Below, one piece after another: positions 1 to 13,100 of a stretch of DNA of 64,000 bases; the first letter of the stretch is position 1; each line of letters begins with the position of its first letter. Below the pieces are notes generated by a model that did no database searches, had not been told where the DNA came from, and saw only the letters and a list, made by a program, of their open reading frames with translations. The stretch is taken from contig OZ024743.1 in the NCBI GenBank assembly GCA_964016885.1, positions 31,496,001 through 31,560,000 on the forward strand, in the 5' to 3' direction. The position numbers and the translations under genes were made by a program. The stretch is from Eledone cirrhosa (lineage: Eukaryota).

Positions 1-420
1 GGCATCGCATCAATGATAATGAAACGCCCTCTCTATTCAACACTCAAACGCACTTTAAAAACTTGCAGAAGATAGGTCATCGAAATAGATATATGAGGAA
101 AGCATTCTAAAGACAGAGCCTAGTGATGGATTATGATTCTTAGCCGCTTAAGGAATAAGAACAGACGCAGATGGAGTAGGATGAAGTGAAACCATCAGCT
201 AAGTATAAAAGGTGTTTCAAAGAAACTCTTTCCTGTGAGACATAGAAACGTATTTACATATCAAAAACTGGGCAACTAAGCCATAGCATACGTGATACCC
301 CTGGAAATAACAAAATAGTGTATGGTAGTCTTCTTTTGCATGTGGCATTTGTACCACAAGTTATCTCTCTGCAAGTGGGCTAACGCGGTACTACAAATCC
401 TGCCCCGCCAATGCAACTCA
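1..420 (+). mobile_element. Possible degenerate 3' end of an RTE-type LINE
   Basis: 335-403 translates FACGICTTSYLSASGLTRYYKSC, resembling the C-terminal CxxC..GL..H...C zinc finger of many RTE ORFs. Upstream frames are broken. Confidence 0.3.
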
Positions 421-1149
421 AGCAGGTGGCAAAGGATGTGCATCTGAGTAGTAGGACATGCGAGTCATATCCTGGTTTGATGAGCCATGCGGTATCAGTG
501 ACAGCGACATTAATAATCTGACTTTGCACGAGTTGACTTCTACCATAATTATGTATATTGTTTCTAGTATTATAGTATATGTAAGAGAATATGTATATGT
601 ATATATAAGTATATATGTATATGTATATATAAGTGTATATATAAGTGTATATATAAGTATATATAAGTATATATATGTATATATAAGTATGTATGTGTGT
701 GTTATATTAAAATATGAAGCAAATATTTCCAAATATATAGAAACTGATGATCGAAGAAATATGTTGAAATGACTGCTAATGTCACATGTGCCCCAAAAAT
801 ATAAAATTATGATGCAAGTGTTAAATATGTATATATCAAATTCGAATGTAAAACATTTTTATGTTTCATCATTTATCCAATGTTACTTGAACGCATATGA
901 AATATAACTTCAAGTAATAATTATATTTGCTTCACTTCTAGTTTTTCATTCATTCCATCACCAAAGTCCACTAATTCAGTTATCTGCTACTTTAGCTAAT
1001 TATTCCAGACAGATGCACTAAGGAATTCACATTCAGATTTTAATATCTCATCTCAATGGAGAATATGGAAAAAAACATAGCTATTGTTACAATTGTTTTT
1101 GTAAAAGTCGATTCTATGTTGTTATATAAAAAGTATTCTATACGTTGGA

Positions 1150-2460
1150 CATGATGCGACACTTTAGCAAAGAAATTACATAATATTCTGAATATGTATA
1201 ATTACACCAAATAATAGTGTACATATTAATGCTGTTAAGTTGGTGGGAGGATATATTTGGCTACAAAGATATCAGAATTCACAAAATATATTTTTCTCAG
1301 AAGACGCAACGCATTCTCTGGCTCCTACTAATGAGGAAGACACTTGCTAAATGTAAGGAAATTATATGCAGTATGTTAGATTTTAATATCTTTAGGATAC
1401 AGAGAGGAAAATATCAATCAGCTTCTAATTCTATTTACAACACTTCAAATCGAAAACAAAGACAAATGGGTTTTATATTACTCTACTGTAAAATGAATTA
1501 CAGACTATTGTTTTGATGTGACGGGCTTTTTGAATTAGATTTAGATATATGAAAAAGATAAAAATGGTATGTAGTAGCTGGCACATGGATTCAGCTACAA
1601 TACAACCTATATGTTTCTGAAAACTTATAATGTTTCACTTGCGAAACTTATGTTCACTTTGTCGATAGACTTACGTGAATTAAAAATGTATGAATGTTTC
1701 GACTAACAAATATATATTGCCCCAATAAAAACAAAAATATTTCGCTAAACCAAATGAATCTAATTAAGAATTGAATGTTAAACTATTATATAAGTAATGA
1801 CAAAATTATATGGCAAAGAAATGAGTGAATATAAAGAAATGTAGTGGGTAAATTGTCGAATCATAAATATGATATACGGAATGTCATGGCAGAAAGATTC
1901 TGAAAGGTTTGGCATGGAATATAGGCGAAAAATTCCAACGACAATTTCCTAGATGTGAAATTCAATTCTGTAAAAGAAACATATCTGCTAAAACATTCTA
2001 AATAATTTAACTAATTAAATCATGGAGCCTTCAGAATTATTCGTTTTTAAACAAATATGTAAAATCAAAATTTTGGAATTGGAATTGGAAATTGGAGCGA
2101 ACTTGCAGTCGTAACAGCCGACTATAATACATATTTAACGACCTCCGTCTCAATGATGCCAATGTTGTTAGAACGAGTTTCGTTTTAATGATTTCAGTCT
2201 AGATATGATCCTAACTTCAGTTCACACCTTAAACAGACAGGTCAAAATACGTAGTATTTAGTGGCCATATATAACACACCATTTATTATATCAATTAATC
2301 CTATCTATGAAGGTATGCCTATCAGCCATGTGAAAATATTTTGGATGAAATCGCCCGGGAGTGAACAAATTAATTTCTATATTAAGAAATTTGACCAAAG
2401 AAAATTGACATTAACACACAACGATGTAAATTGCTTCCAAATAAAGATTGAGAACTAGGC
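1150..2460 (+). pseudogene. Decayed EGF-like repeats followed by an FN3-like segment (putative receptor PTP pseudogene, extracellular part)
   Basis: Frameshifted fragments read YCFDVTGF, AGTW, KCSG and WHG (laminin-EGF/MEGF style). The 2261-2458 ORF contains FIISINPIYEGMPISHVKIFWMKS, resembling the first FN3 of Tie-type receptors. Many stops and frameshifts. Confidence 0.35.
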
Positions 2461-3924
2461 ATCATTTAAGCAATGTTTGTTCATAATTGCTAGAGTAGAC
2501 ATACAATTTAACAATGCAAGAAAAATGATTTAATGTGGTTGAAACTCGCCAAATTTCCAATTAGTTATTATATTAATTTGAAATGGCATTGTCTAATTAT
2601 GTTGTTAGGTTTTACTTCTGTCGTTATCGACAGGTTACTATATTCTTCTGTCTTGTGGTTATAAAGATATAAACAACTGCTGAATGATATGCAAATCTAT
2701 GTTTAAATGTATGTAAAACTGTTTATTTATATATATCCACTCCGAGTGATATCGACTAGCGAAAGATATGGAAATCAATTTTTCCGAGCACTCTAGGAAT
2801 GTATAACAGGCTTCAAGTACGCCAGCGGGAAGTCAGCCCTCATCGTTAGGCCATCCTTGTACTAAATCAGTACTATTAATTTACCCAGGAGGGGGATTTG
2901 CTTAAGTAGAGAGAGGCGTCATACAACTAATAGTTATGATTAGATCTGTAATTTAAAGGTGCTATATGGCGGTCAAATAACCGGCTGCGCGCCGGACCCC
3001 CAGGGCGAATCACCCGCTCCGAGTAGTTTCATTTACCGAGAGAAGGGGAAATGTATTTTTCCAACCACTCAAGATAGGCCTATGCCCCAGGAGGCCAGTC
3101 CCGCAGCCAGGAAAACAAACCCAACAGTCCGACAGAAAATTGGAACGTTAAATTATTGTTTAGATTTATAGGATGAAGTTGAAAAAATTCAGAATAACAT
3201 TATAAAATTAAAGAGTAAGAAGATTGAGAATTGAACAATTAGAAAATTGAAAATTAAACATTTAAAAACTTTTTTAAGGTTTTGGGTTGCGAGGTTTAGT
3301 TAAAGAGAGAGTCTAAAAATGTCGGTACTAATGTCAAACTACAGTCAGGCCAGGAATGTCACGAAAAAAATGTTCTGTCTTTCTTCTTGTAGCTCGACAT
3401 TAACCCTGACTTTTTTCTTCTTCCTTTTCTTCCTTCTCTTCCCCCTTCTTTCTGTCTTTCTTCTTGTGGCATGATATTAACGCTGACTTATCTTCCTCTC
3501 CCTTTTTGTTTTCCTCTATTTGACCGGTAGTAGCTGTTAAGATACGGGACCCTTAGAAAAAAATGTTTTCGCGAAAGTTCTGGCCTGACTGTAATTTGTC
3601 ATTAGTACCGACCTTTCTTCCTCTTTCTCTCTGTCTTTCTTCTTGTAGCTCGACATTAACCCTGACTTTTCTTCTTCTTCCTTTTCTTGCTTCTCTTCCC
3701 CCTTCTTTCTGTCTCTTTTCTCTTGTGACATGATATTAACGCTGACTTATCTTCCTCTCCTTTTCTGTTTTCCTCTATTTGACCGGTAGTAGCACACTAT
3801 GAGCTTTAGCCCCATCACTTGAGGGCGACCGGCAAAGGTGGAAGATACTGGATGGCGGTCCTCCTCCGGTCTTTGATTTTCAGCCCATGGAATTTATCTA
3901 TTACATTCATTTATTACATTTCGA

Positions 3925-3982
3925 ATACCTGATGATATCACCGGATTCATACGGAACCCGGTCATTGAAATGATCATAGTAT
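3925..3982 (+). ncRNA. Type I hammerhead ribozyme, minimal palindromic stem III
   Basis: ATAC-CTGATGA-stem II (ACCGG/CCGGT)-GAAA-TGATCA-TA-GTAT, followed by AATAAA. Confidence 0.8.
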
Positions 3983-6292
3983 AATAAACCTTTCAAGGAT
4001 TTACACAAGTCCAGCCTCCTGTTTTTCATTATAGTATTTAACTCCGTACAAGCACCACCAACTACAAAAACGAATACGGTTGAACTGCTTTACGTTGGGT
4101 ACTCTCCATATTATTACATTAAGATTGACCATACAGAATTGACCAACTCTATCCAGTGGTGAACCTTCAAACCTGAAAAAATACTGCTCCTAAAATGTTG
4201 CGCACTTCCAAGTGTAATGGGACTGAATAGATCTAACCACCATTCCGATTTTGGCTACTCTGAGCTTTATCTACCGCCCACCTAGCCCAGTGCTACTTCC
4301 CTCTCGGAATATTCAGACTTCGACAAAATTCTACTGATTATACCATAACCTGTATTGTACTGTACTGTATTGACTACATTCTCTACCCTATACTTCAGGG
4401 CCTGTGTAACTCACACTGAATTCTCAGACTCGAACATACACTGATTCCATTTCCGTATCTATATGCATTATCTGACTGCAACCTGAACTATATTGTATTT
4501 CTCCTGTGTTTTAATTTCTCCATTTACTCCACCACCACTCTTGTTTGTTTATTTATATATTTCTACCTTTGCTTTATTAATGTGCTTTTCCACGTATTCT
4601 ACTTCTATATATCCATGTTTTTCTACTCCTCTTATTGGGACTTTTACTCACTTGTACCCATTAGCACACGACACTAGAATGTCTCCCCCTGAGAACAAAA
4701 ATAAATATTACCCGACTATATCCCTTGCTCTACATCCAGCTAGAATAACTTATACAGGATCTATATAATACAATTAAAGTTTCTTCATAAAAGACTCTCT
4801 CTTAACTAAACCTCGCAACCCAAAACCTTAAAAAATGTTTTTAAATGTTTAATTTTCAATTTTCTAATTGTTCAACTCTCAATCTTCTTACTCTTTAATT
4901 TTATAATGTTATTTTGAATTTTTTCAACTTCATCCTATAAATCTAAACAATAATTTAACGTTCCAATTTTCTGTCGGACTGTTGGGTTGGTTTTCCTGGC
5001 GGCGGGACCGGCCTCCTGGCGCATAGGTCTACCTTGAGTGCTTGGAAAGATAAATTTCCCCTTCTTTCGGTAAATGAAACTACTGGGAGCGGGTGATTCG
5101 CCCCAGGGGTTCGGCGCGCAGCCGGATGTTTGACCGCCATATAGCACCTTTAAATTACAGATCTAATCATAACTATTAGTTGTATCACGCCTCCCTCTAC
5201 TTCAGCAAATCCCCTCCTGGACAAATTAATAGTACTGGTTTTGTACAAGGGCCTTACGATCAGGGCTGACTTCCCGCTGGCGCACCTGAAGCCTGTTATA
5301 CATTCCTAGAGTGCTCGGAAAAATTGATTTCCATATCTTTCACTAGTCGATATCACTCGGAGTGGATGGGTTGCGTAAGCCTGTAGTCGCCGCATGCTGT
5401 TTGACTGCTAAACAAAGACATAATCTTTACTCTATAATACAATTTAAGATTCTTCATAAAGACACTTTCTTTGCTTAAACCTCGCAACCAAAACCTTAAA
5501 AATGTTAAACTGTTTAACTTTCAATTTTCTAATTTCTTTAATTTTATAACGTTAATATTAAATATTAATTTTTTAACTTCATCCTATAAATCTAAACAAA
5601 AATGTAACGTTCCAATCTTCTGCTCACATATTATAACAGGCAGACCCCCACTATATTTGCCTCTGTTAAGATGCGGGTCCCTTAAAATATTTTTTTTTCG
5701 CGCCATTCCTGGCCTGACTGTGGTCTGACATTAGTACCGACCTTTCTCCCTCTTTCTTTCAGTCTTTCTTCTTGTAGCTCGACATTAACCCTGACTTTTC
5801 TTCTTCTTCCTTCTCTTCCCCTTCTTTCTGTCTTTCTTCTTGTGGCATGATATTAACGCTGACTTATCTTCCTCTCCATTTTTGTTTTCCTCTATTTGAC
5901 CGGTAGTAGCTGTTAAGATACGGGTCCCTTAGAAAAAATGTTTTCACGACATTCCTGGCCTGACTGTAGTTTGACATTAGTACCGACCTTTCTTCCTCTT
6001 TCTTTCTGTCTTTCTTCTTGTAGCTCGACATTAACCCTGACTTTTCTTCTTCTTCCTTTTCTTGCTCTCTCTTACCCCTTCTTTCTGTCTCTTTTCTCTT
6101 GTGGCATGATATTAACGCTTCCTATCCCTTTCTGTTTTCCTCTATTTTACCGGTAGTAGCACACTATAAGCTTTGGCCCCATCACTTGAGGGCGACCGGC
6201 AAAGGTGGAAGATGCTGGATGGCGGTCATCCTCCGGTCTTTGATTTTCAGCCCCATGGATTTTATCTATTACATTCATTTATTACATTTCAA

Positions 6293-6350
6293 ATACCTGA
6301 TGATATCACCGGATTCACACGGAACCCGGTCATTGAAATGATCATAGTAT
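6293..6350 (+). ncRNA. Type I hammerhead ribozyme (second copy)
   Basis: Same motif as 3925-3982, one substitution in the stem II loop. Confidence 0.8.
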
Positions 6351-6401
6351 AATAAATATTTCAAGGATTTACACAATTCCAGCCGCCTGTCATTTTATTA
6401 T

Positions 6402-6444
<43 letters not shown>

Positions 6445-6448
<4 letters not shown>

Positions 6449-6640
6449 AAACAAGTATGACCCCGACGGCAGAGCTCAAGCCGTTTCGACGGCTATTTCT
6501 GGAGTCCAGAAATAGCTGTCTAAACGGCTTGAGCTCCGCCGTCGGGGTCATACTTTTTCCTATTTCCCACTCCACTACCATAAGTATTGAGTACTCTGGT
6601 GCGTTATGGTCCATCTGGTTCCTTACCACAATTCCTTTGT

Positions 6641-6641
<1 letters not shown>
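6445..6641 (+). repeat. Fold-back fragment of the PLE-C pseudo-LTR inside (TA)n
   Basis: 6445-6563 is a palindrome centred on TTCTGGA-G-TCCAGAA, matching 28442-28500. The 3' extension matches 31490-31568. Confidence 0.75.
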
Positions 6642-6674
<33 letters not shown>

Positions 6675-6677
<3 letters not shown>

Positions 6678-7535
6678 ATAAACGTGCTGCGTGGTTGCTA
6701 ATGGGTTACATATGAATAAAGTTAGTCCTTCATCAGTGATCTTCCAACCATCATTGGTATTTCATCGCTTTAAAGACCTTATACCTCCGGTTGGTGCGAG
6801 CAACGGCTAAAAAATGTCGTTGGGACACGTAAATAAAAGGGACATGAGAGTGTAAACAAACAAAGATGGTGAAGCAACGAAAAGTGAGGAAGAAGGAGTG
6901 AAGTCCCAAATTTCCATGAATATAAATTCGGTGAACGAGAGAGAATAAAGACCATCAAACCTGGTTGGAATGTGAGCAAGGAAGGAATTCCGTACAGGTC
7001 TAACGGGTGGAAGAAGGGATCTAGTCTGTGAATTCTGTGAACGTAAGTTCTGTGAAATCGTAGACGAGAGCGAGAAAAAAAGCGACCTGCCTCACCAAGG
7101 GTGCGAATGAAAAGAATTACGCACAGGTCAAACGAGAAGAAGGAGGAGGAGGAGAGGTAGTAACAGAGAGTCAGTGAGTGAAGGGTGAGGAAGAGGCTAA
7201 CAGAGAGAGTGACTGTTAGAGAGGGTAAAGATATAGAGAAAGAGGAAGCAGTTAGAACGAAATAGACGGGTCACAGCGGGGGAAAAATATGTGTAAATAT
7301 AAGAATAAACGTGCTGCGTGGTTGCTAATGGGTTACATATGAATAAAGTTAGTCCTTAATCAGTGATCTTCCAACAATCATTGGTATTTAATTTTGTTTA
7401 CACTCTCGTGTCCCCTTTATTTACGTGTCCCAACGACTTTTTTAGTTGTTGCTCGCACCAACCGGAGGTATATGGTCTTTAAAGCGATGAAATACCAATG
7501 ATGGTTGGAAGATCACTGATGAAGGACTAACTTTA

Positions 7536-7540
<5 letters not shown>
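6675..7540 (-). repeat. Tandem plus inverted repeat element with PLE-like architecture, period ~627 bp
   Basis: 6675-6762 is repeated at 7302-7389. 7394-7540 is the reverse complement of about 6710-6857. Flanked by (TA)n. Contains CTGATGA but no completing GAAA. Confidence 0.55.
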
Positions 7541-7582
<42 letters not shown>

Positions 7583-8075
7583 GCATATATACATACATAC
7601 TTATATACACACACATATACTCTTACACAACATATGTACATGCATACGCTCACTCACACGTATACATACATACATTTATATATGTATACATACGCACATA
7701 CGCATGCGCAAATACGTTTATACGTATATAACAAAAATAAAATATATATATACTTAGAGGTAAAATATATATATACGAAGCAAGCCGAATAGAACAGTCA
7801 CAGCTTCAGCCGTTTTCCCTCGGGAAGGTTTAAACCAGATCGGCTTGTATGTGGCAAGTCTCAAACCAAATCCCCCAGGTATCGTGGTCGGGATTATACA
7901 TTCCATTATATCCAATATGCACCTTCCCATTCATAGAGTTCTGCTCTAATTTCTAGTCTCTCTGGCCTTGGCACATCAGCTATATATATATAACGAAGGA
8001 AGTGTGGTAAGGAACTGGGTTCAGAAACACCTGTCGAAACGGCCGGAGATCAGCCGTCGCCGTCCTTACTCTTTT

Positions 8076-8147
<72 letters not shown>

Positions 8148-8153
<6 letters not shown>

Positions 8154-8570
8154 AGTAAAATGACAAGAGGCTGGAGTGGTGAAATTCCTTAAAGATTTAT
8201 TATAAACAATATGCACATTTCAATGACTGGGTTCTGCAGGAACACGGTGACATCATCGGATGTAACGAAATGTATCCAATAAAGGAATATAATAATTTAT
8301 TGGATACATTTCGTAATGCCTGATGATGTCACCGGTTTCCTGCAGAACTCGGTCATTGAAATGTGCATATTGGTTATAAAAAATATTTAAGGAATTTCAC
8401 CACTCCAGCCTCTTGTCATTTTACTCAATAATAATTAACTCCGTTCTCGCACCACCAACACGATGCAACATAAAGGAAAATGGGTGAGTTGCAATACGTC
8501 GAGTGTTTTTCTGAATATTACATCACGGTTGAATATACAGAATGACCAGTTCTATCCAGTGGCGAACCAA
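8148..8570 (+). repeat. Palindromic PLE pseudo-LTR fragment with a degenerate HHR
   Basis: Arms 8148-8283 and 8296-8432 are inverted. CTGATGA at 8320 and GAAA-TGTGCATA at 8358. Homologous to the 3910-4170 family. Confidence 0.7.
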
Positions 8571-8584
8571 CATACCTAAATATG

Positions 8585-8651
<67 letters not shown>

Positions 8652-8653
<2 letters not shown>

Positions 8654-8868
8654 TTATAATCATCATCATCATAATCATCATCATTGTTGAACGTCGATCT
8701 TCCATGCTAGCAGGTGTTGGACGGTTTTATCCCACTAGAAGCGAGATTGGTCGGGAGACCATGTCTCGCTCGTACATAACTGTTTCTGGCAGGCTTTCTA
8801 CGGTTTGATGCTCTTATTAACATCGACTGCATTTAAAATTTGGACTCGGTGCTTTTTGTCGTGTCACC
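8652..8868 (-). mobile_element. SINE 3' fragment with (CAT)n tail
   Basis: A (CAT)n run is followed by TCCATGCTAGCA..GTTGGACGG and TTTCTACGG..GATGC, recalled from abundant octopus SINE-type repeats. Not verified by search. Confidence 0.45.
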
Positions 8869-8878
8869 TACACCTATA

Positions 8879-8973
<95 letters not shown>

Positions 8974-9199
8974 TTACATATACTTATTAACATAACAGAT
9001 TAAAGTTTAAGCACATAATCGCTGTGCTTTCACCCTTAACGGGATCTTGGGAAACTAGAAAAAGTCAATCTTTGAACGCAGAAGTAAATATTTAAAAAAA
9101 CGTTGCAACCGAAGGAAGACAGGAAGACGATACCTTGGTTCGTGAAAAAGTTCCCTGGCAAAGAACGGAAAAAAACAAAGATAATACGTCATAATATTT

Positions 9200-10179
9200 A
9201 TAGATGGATAAATACATAGATATGTTTCTTTATTAGCCACAGGGGCACAAAAGAAGGGGACGAATACAAAGGAGGAAGTTTACATACAATAAAAACGTGT
9301 AAAATGTTATCACAAATGCAATTTTAAAAATTAGTCCATTTTTCCCAATAGGGTGAGACAGTTCATATGGGTAACACATACCCCCGAAAAAATGTGAAAC
9401 CCTCATCTCCAGGAGTACGAAGAGTTTGTACTCCTTTCCTCTCCTCCTCCTTTTCCTCAACCTACAGGCTGATATAGAGAGAAGGCCCATTCACTCGCGC
9501 CATTCTCGCCACTTTCACCCACCTTTCATAAAACTTGCTGGGGTACAGCACGTCTCTCTCCATCCTGATTCTTCTTACAGAGTGGTAATTGAAAAAAAGA
9601 ATCAGTTGATGGCCGGAGAGAAAGGCGTCTGACCTCAGCCCTTTCAACCTTGTCCACCATACAACCTCTTTCGCCATAGCTAGGACACAAAGGAAAACCG
9701 CCTCTCCTTCGTTTTTAAAGGAGGGTGGCGGTTTGATCATGACAATGGACTCGGTGGTCAACCGGATTGGTCCCACCCGCGACAATAGTCGTTCTACATA
9801 GCCCCACAGGTCAGTGACGCCCGGGCAGTGTATGAATGCGTGCGCGACGGTTTCTTCGTTACGCACGCACCTCTGACAGATCTTTTTTGCAGAGTCCCTG
9901 CCCGGGTGCCCATGTCTGTAGAGCTTGTCTCGAACTGGGAGAGTTCCTCGGTAGCACTGCCAGGCCAGGGACTTTTGGAAGTTGTCCATCGGTCCCGGGC
10001 GGAAGGTCCTACCGAACAGACTGGCCAGTTCATCTTCCTCTACGCCTAGAGTTTCAGCGAGCGCGTCGTCGCACTTGCTGCGGATCAACCCTCTATAGAA
10101 TGACGAAGTGGAGTCTCCACTGATCGCCGGGTCCGCTTGCCAGAGGGCTGTGAGCGCCTGAGCACATTCGATGTGCCAG
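9200..10179 (-). mobile_element. 5'-truncated Tx1/L1-type LINE (3' end of ORF2 and 3' UTR)
   Basis: ORF 9462-10229 has the CQRC..ETVAHAFIHC zinc knuckle and is paralogous to 10440-11150. The 3' UTR ends AATAAAGAAACATATCT plus degenerate (TCTA)n. Confidence 0.85.
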
Positions 10180-13100
10180 AGATAGATATCTTTCTTTATT
10201 TGCCACATGGGCGTATAAAAATGGGACATTACAAGACGTGACGGCGGGGGTTTTACATAAAATCTTTAACAATGATAAATATAAATAAACTATATAAAAA
10301 TAAAACAATTGAAATCCCCATTATGGAGGGGGGGCAACGCTACTGCGGGGTTGTTTTGCATCCCGTGGATCGAACAACCCTCAACACCAGGAACACGTTT
10401 TGTAGGTGTTCCGTCTTCCCTTTGTTTATCTTCCTCAGCCTACAGGTTTATATATAGAGAAGGCCCATTCACCCGGGCCATTTTCGCAACAGTCACCCAC
10501 CTTTCAGCGAATTTACTGGGGTGTAGCACCTCTCTCTCAACTCTCACCTTCCTTCTGAAGTGGTACTTAAAGAAGAGGATGAGTTGTTGTCCGGAGAAAA
10601 AGGTGCTCGTCGTCAGTCCTTTTAACTTTGTCCACCATATTACCCCTTTCGCCATAGCCACCAGACAGAGGAAGACCGCCTCTCCTTCATTCTTAAATGA
10701 AGGCGGCAGGGTCATCCTCACCATGGACTCGGCTGAAAACTGGATGCGTCCTACAAGTGGCAGTAGCTGTTCGACATAATTCCACAGGTCGGGCACCCCT
10801 GGGCACTGAACAATTGCGTGCAGAACGGTTTCGATATACTACTCGCAGCTTGGACAGATACTTTTAGCAGGATCTCTGCCAGGGCGTCCATGCCTGTAGA
10901 TTTTGTTTCGGTAGTACTGCCAGGCCAGAGCCCTCTAGAAGTTATCCATAGGACCAGGACGGAAAGTCCTCCCGAACAGACTAATCAGATCGTCTTCCTC
11001 GATGCCTAGAGTTTCCCCGAGAACCTCGTCGCACTTATCCTCCACTAATCCCCTATAGAATGTCGAAGTGGAGTCTCCGCTGATTGCCGTTTCCGCTTGG
11101 TAGAGGGCTGCGAGCGCCTGAAGGCACTTGAGGTGCCAGCCGCCCATTTTCGGTCTTTGCTTGACCCAGGACTGCAGCTCTGTTAGTGAGACGGTTTGTG
11201 GAAGAGCTCGTCTCACAAACGACAGCCACACCGGTTCCTCAGTCAGAAACACCTGGAGATGGCATAGCCTCAGCGTGTATTTGCGAATCATCAGCCACGG
11301 CATGCCCATCCCTCCGCTAGAAGGATGCTGACAGCATATCGATCTCCTCACTAATGGAGCCTGTTTCTTCCAGAGGAACATGAAGAATAAGTTACATTTT
11401 GGTGAGGTATTCGCGGGGACAAGGCACAACTGTCAAGCGGCAGTAGATGAGGGACGCTATGTAAGTGTTCGCCACCTCCGTTCGACCTTTCAAGGAGACT
11501 TTGCACTCAGCTTCTGGGTGAGTACAAATACCTTCGTCGGGACATCGTTCCAGTTCTTGTTCACCCAGAGTCTGGACCAAACCAGACCCCGAGCAATTTC
11601 ACCGGTCCTTCCGTCTAGCATTCAACGACACTGTCGGAAGGCATGGGTTTTCCTCTCCATGTGCCAAATTCAAACCGACAGACTTGTTTGGGTTTAGTCT
11701 TGCTCCTGTCAACGTTTCGTATTCGTGTAATAGGTTGCTGATTACCCCGATGTCCGAGATTTTCGACACCATTACGGTTATGTCGTCGGCATAGGCTGAC
11801 GCTGCTTTCCGCAGTCCTGGTTCGAACGGGATGCCCTGCAACAGATCCAACTTCCGCAGTAATGGCTCGTGAGTCAGTACATACACAATGGAGGAGAGAG
11901 GGCACCCCTGACGATGGAACGCATGATTTGTAATGGCTCCGATAGGTAACCATTCACCTTGACTGTCGAGCAGATGCTGGTGTGCATTGCAGCGATCCAG
12001 CCTCTAAAGACGGGACCGAAGCCGGCCGCCTTGAGAACCGCTTCCAAGTATTGATGGTCGAACATATCAAATGCCTTAGACTGATCTAAATTGATCAGAG
12101 CCCCACCGAAGCCAGGTTTACACCCTACCCTCTCTATGATGTATCACATGAGGTGGAGGTTGTCGTGTATGGACCTGGTCGGGATTGCACACGTTCGCGC
12201 TTCCCCTACCAGGTTCTCGACGACAAGCGCCAGCCTCGCTGCTAACACCTTGGCCAGAATCTTGAACTCTGTGTTGAGCACTGTTATGGGCCTGCAATTT
12301 TTTATATCATCCCCCTTGTTCTCAAATTTACTGATGTGCGTTACTACACCTCTGCCTACAGGACTCGGAATCCTCCCGTTCTGCCTCCAGTTGGACTAGA
12401 CCGCTTCGAGGACACCAGAGAACAAGTCTGGCATGCCTATGTAAGACTCATAGGGAGACCATCTAAACCGGGTGATTTACGTTTCCCACAGCGGCGTAGG
12501 GCATCTTCTATTTCGCCCGCTGTGATCGGCCTTTCGCAACTCTTCGGATCCGTGCTCGAGAGTCGTGGTATGCTATCGAGGTAGGAGCTAAAGTCCATTA
12601 CCTGCCTTGGCGTACCACGTTTATCGAACAGTTATACAAAATGCTGCTGGAAGGCCGTGCACATCTGCTCAGATTCACGTAGAATGCGTCCATCTTTGTC
12701 TTGCAAGGACTGAATTGTGAATTTTTTGCCACTTTTCGCTTCTGCCACTCGGGCCCAGCTAACAGCTTTGGCTCCCTCGTTTCTTAGAGCCCGTGTTCTA
12801 CTTCTGACAATACAACATTCGTTTTTCATGTTGAAGAACAGGTCTAGTGCCGTTCTTGCCGCTAGCACGTCAGCTGTACTGCCATTCCTAAGTGCTTCTT
12901 CTACTTTAGCTACCAGTTCATTTTCGCTTTTGTTTTTTTTTCTAAAGCTACTTCCTTGCTAAATACTATCGATTCTATTCACTACCTGTTGTTGACGATC
13001 GCCCCAGTCAACCGGCACTTAACTAAGGTGCTAATCCGTTTACTGTAGGCCTACGTGCCGGAAGCGACATGTTTAGCTTCCAGTATCCGGGTCCCTGTCT

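Larger units (their letters stand above)
2735..6410 (+). mobile_element. Non-autonomous PLE-derived element with two HHR-bearing direct repeats and an inverted 5' arm
   Basis: 2735-3314 is the reverse complement of 4792-5367. 3374-4030 is repeated directly at about 5760-6410, with internal ~250-bp tandem subunits. One HHR per direct repeat, no credible ORF, ends in (TA)n. Confidence 0.75.

Noticed and set aside
2959-5147. Two similar 70-aa ORFs MLYGGQ.. on opposite strands
   Set aside because: They are the two arms of an inverted repeat with GTG starts and no recognisable domain. Similarity reflects duplication, not coding constraint.
3374-6159. Regularly repeated sequence as a possible CRISPR array
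   Set aside because: Units are ~250-bp tandem duplications without unique spacers, in eukaryotic DNA with no cas genes.
7488-7540. GAAA..CTGATGA arrangement suggesting a type II hammerhead
   Set aside because: No NUH junction or stem I can be formed, and no downstream GAAA completes a type I fold.
9005-9056. HHR-shaped motif on the minus strand (GTTT-CCCAAGA-stem-GAAA-stem-TT-AAAC), also near 59299-59347
   Set aside because: The core box is mutated differently in each copy. Probably a relic, so not listed as a ribozyme.
9462-10229. 255-aa ORF as an independent gene
   Set aside because: It is a chimera of the upstream LINE 3' UTR and the truncated sibling's ORF2 end.
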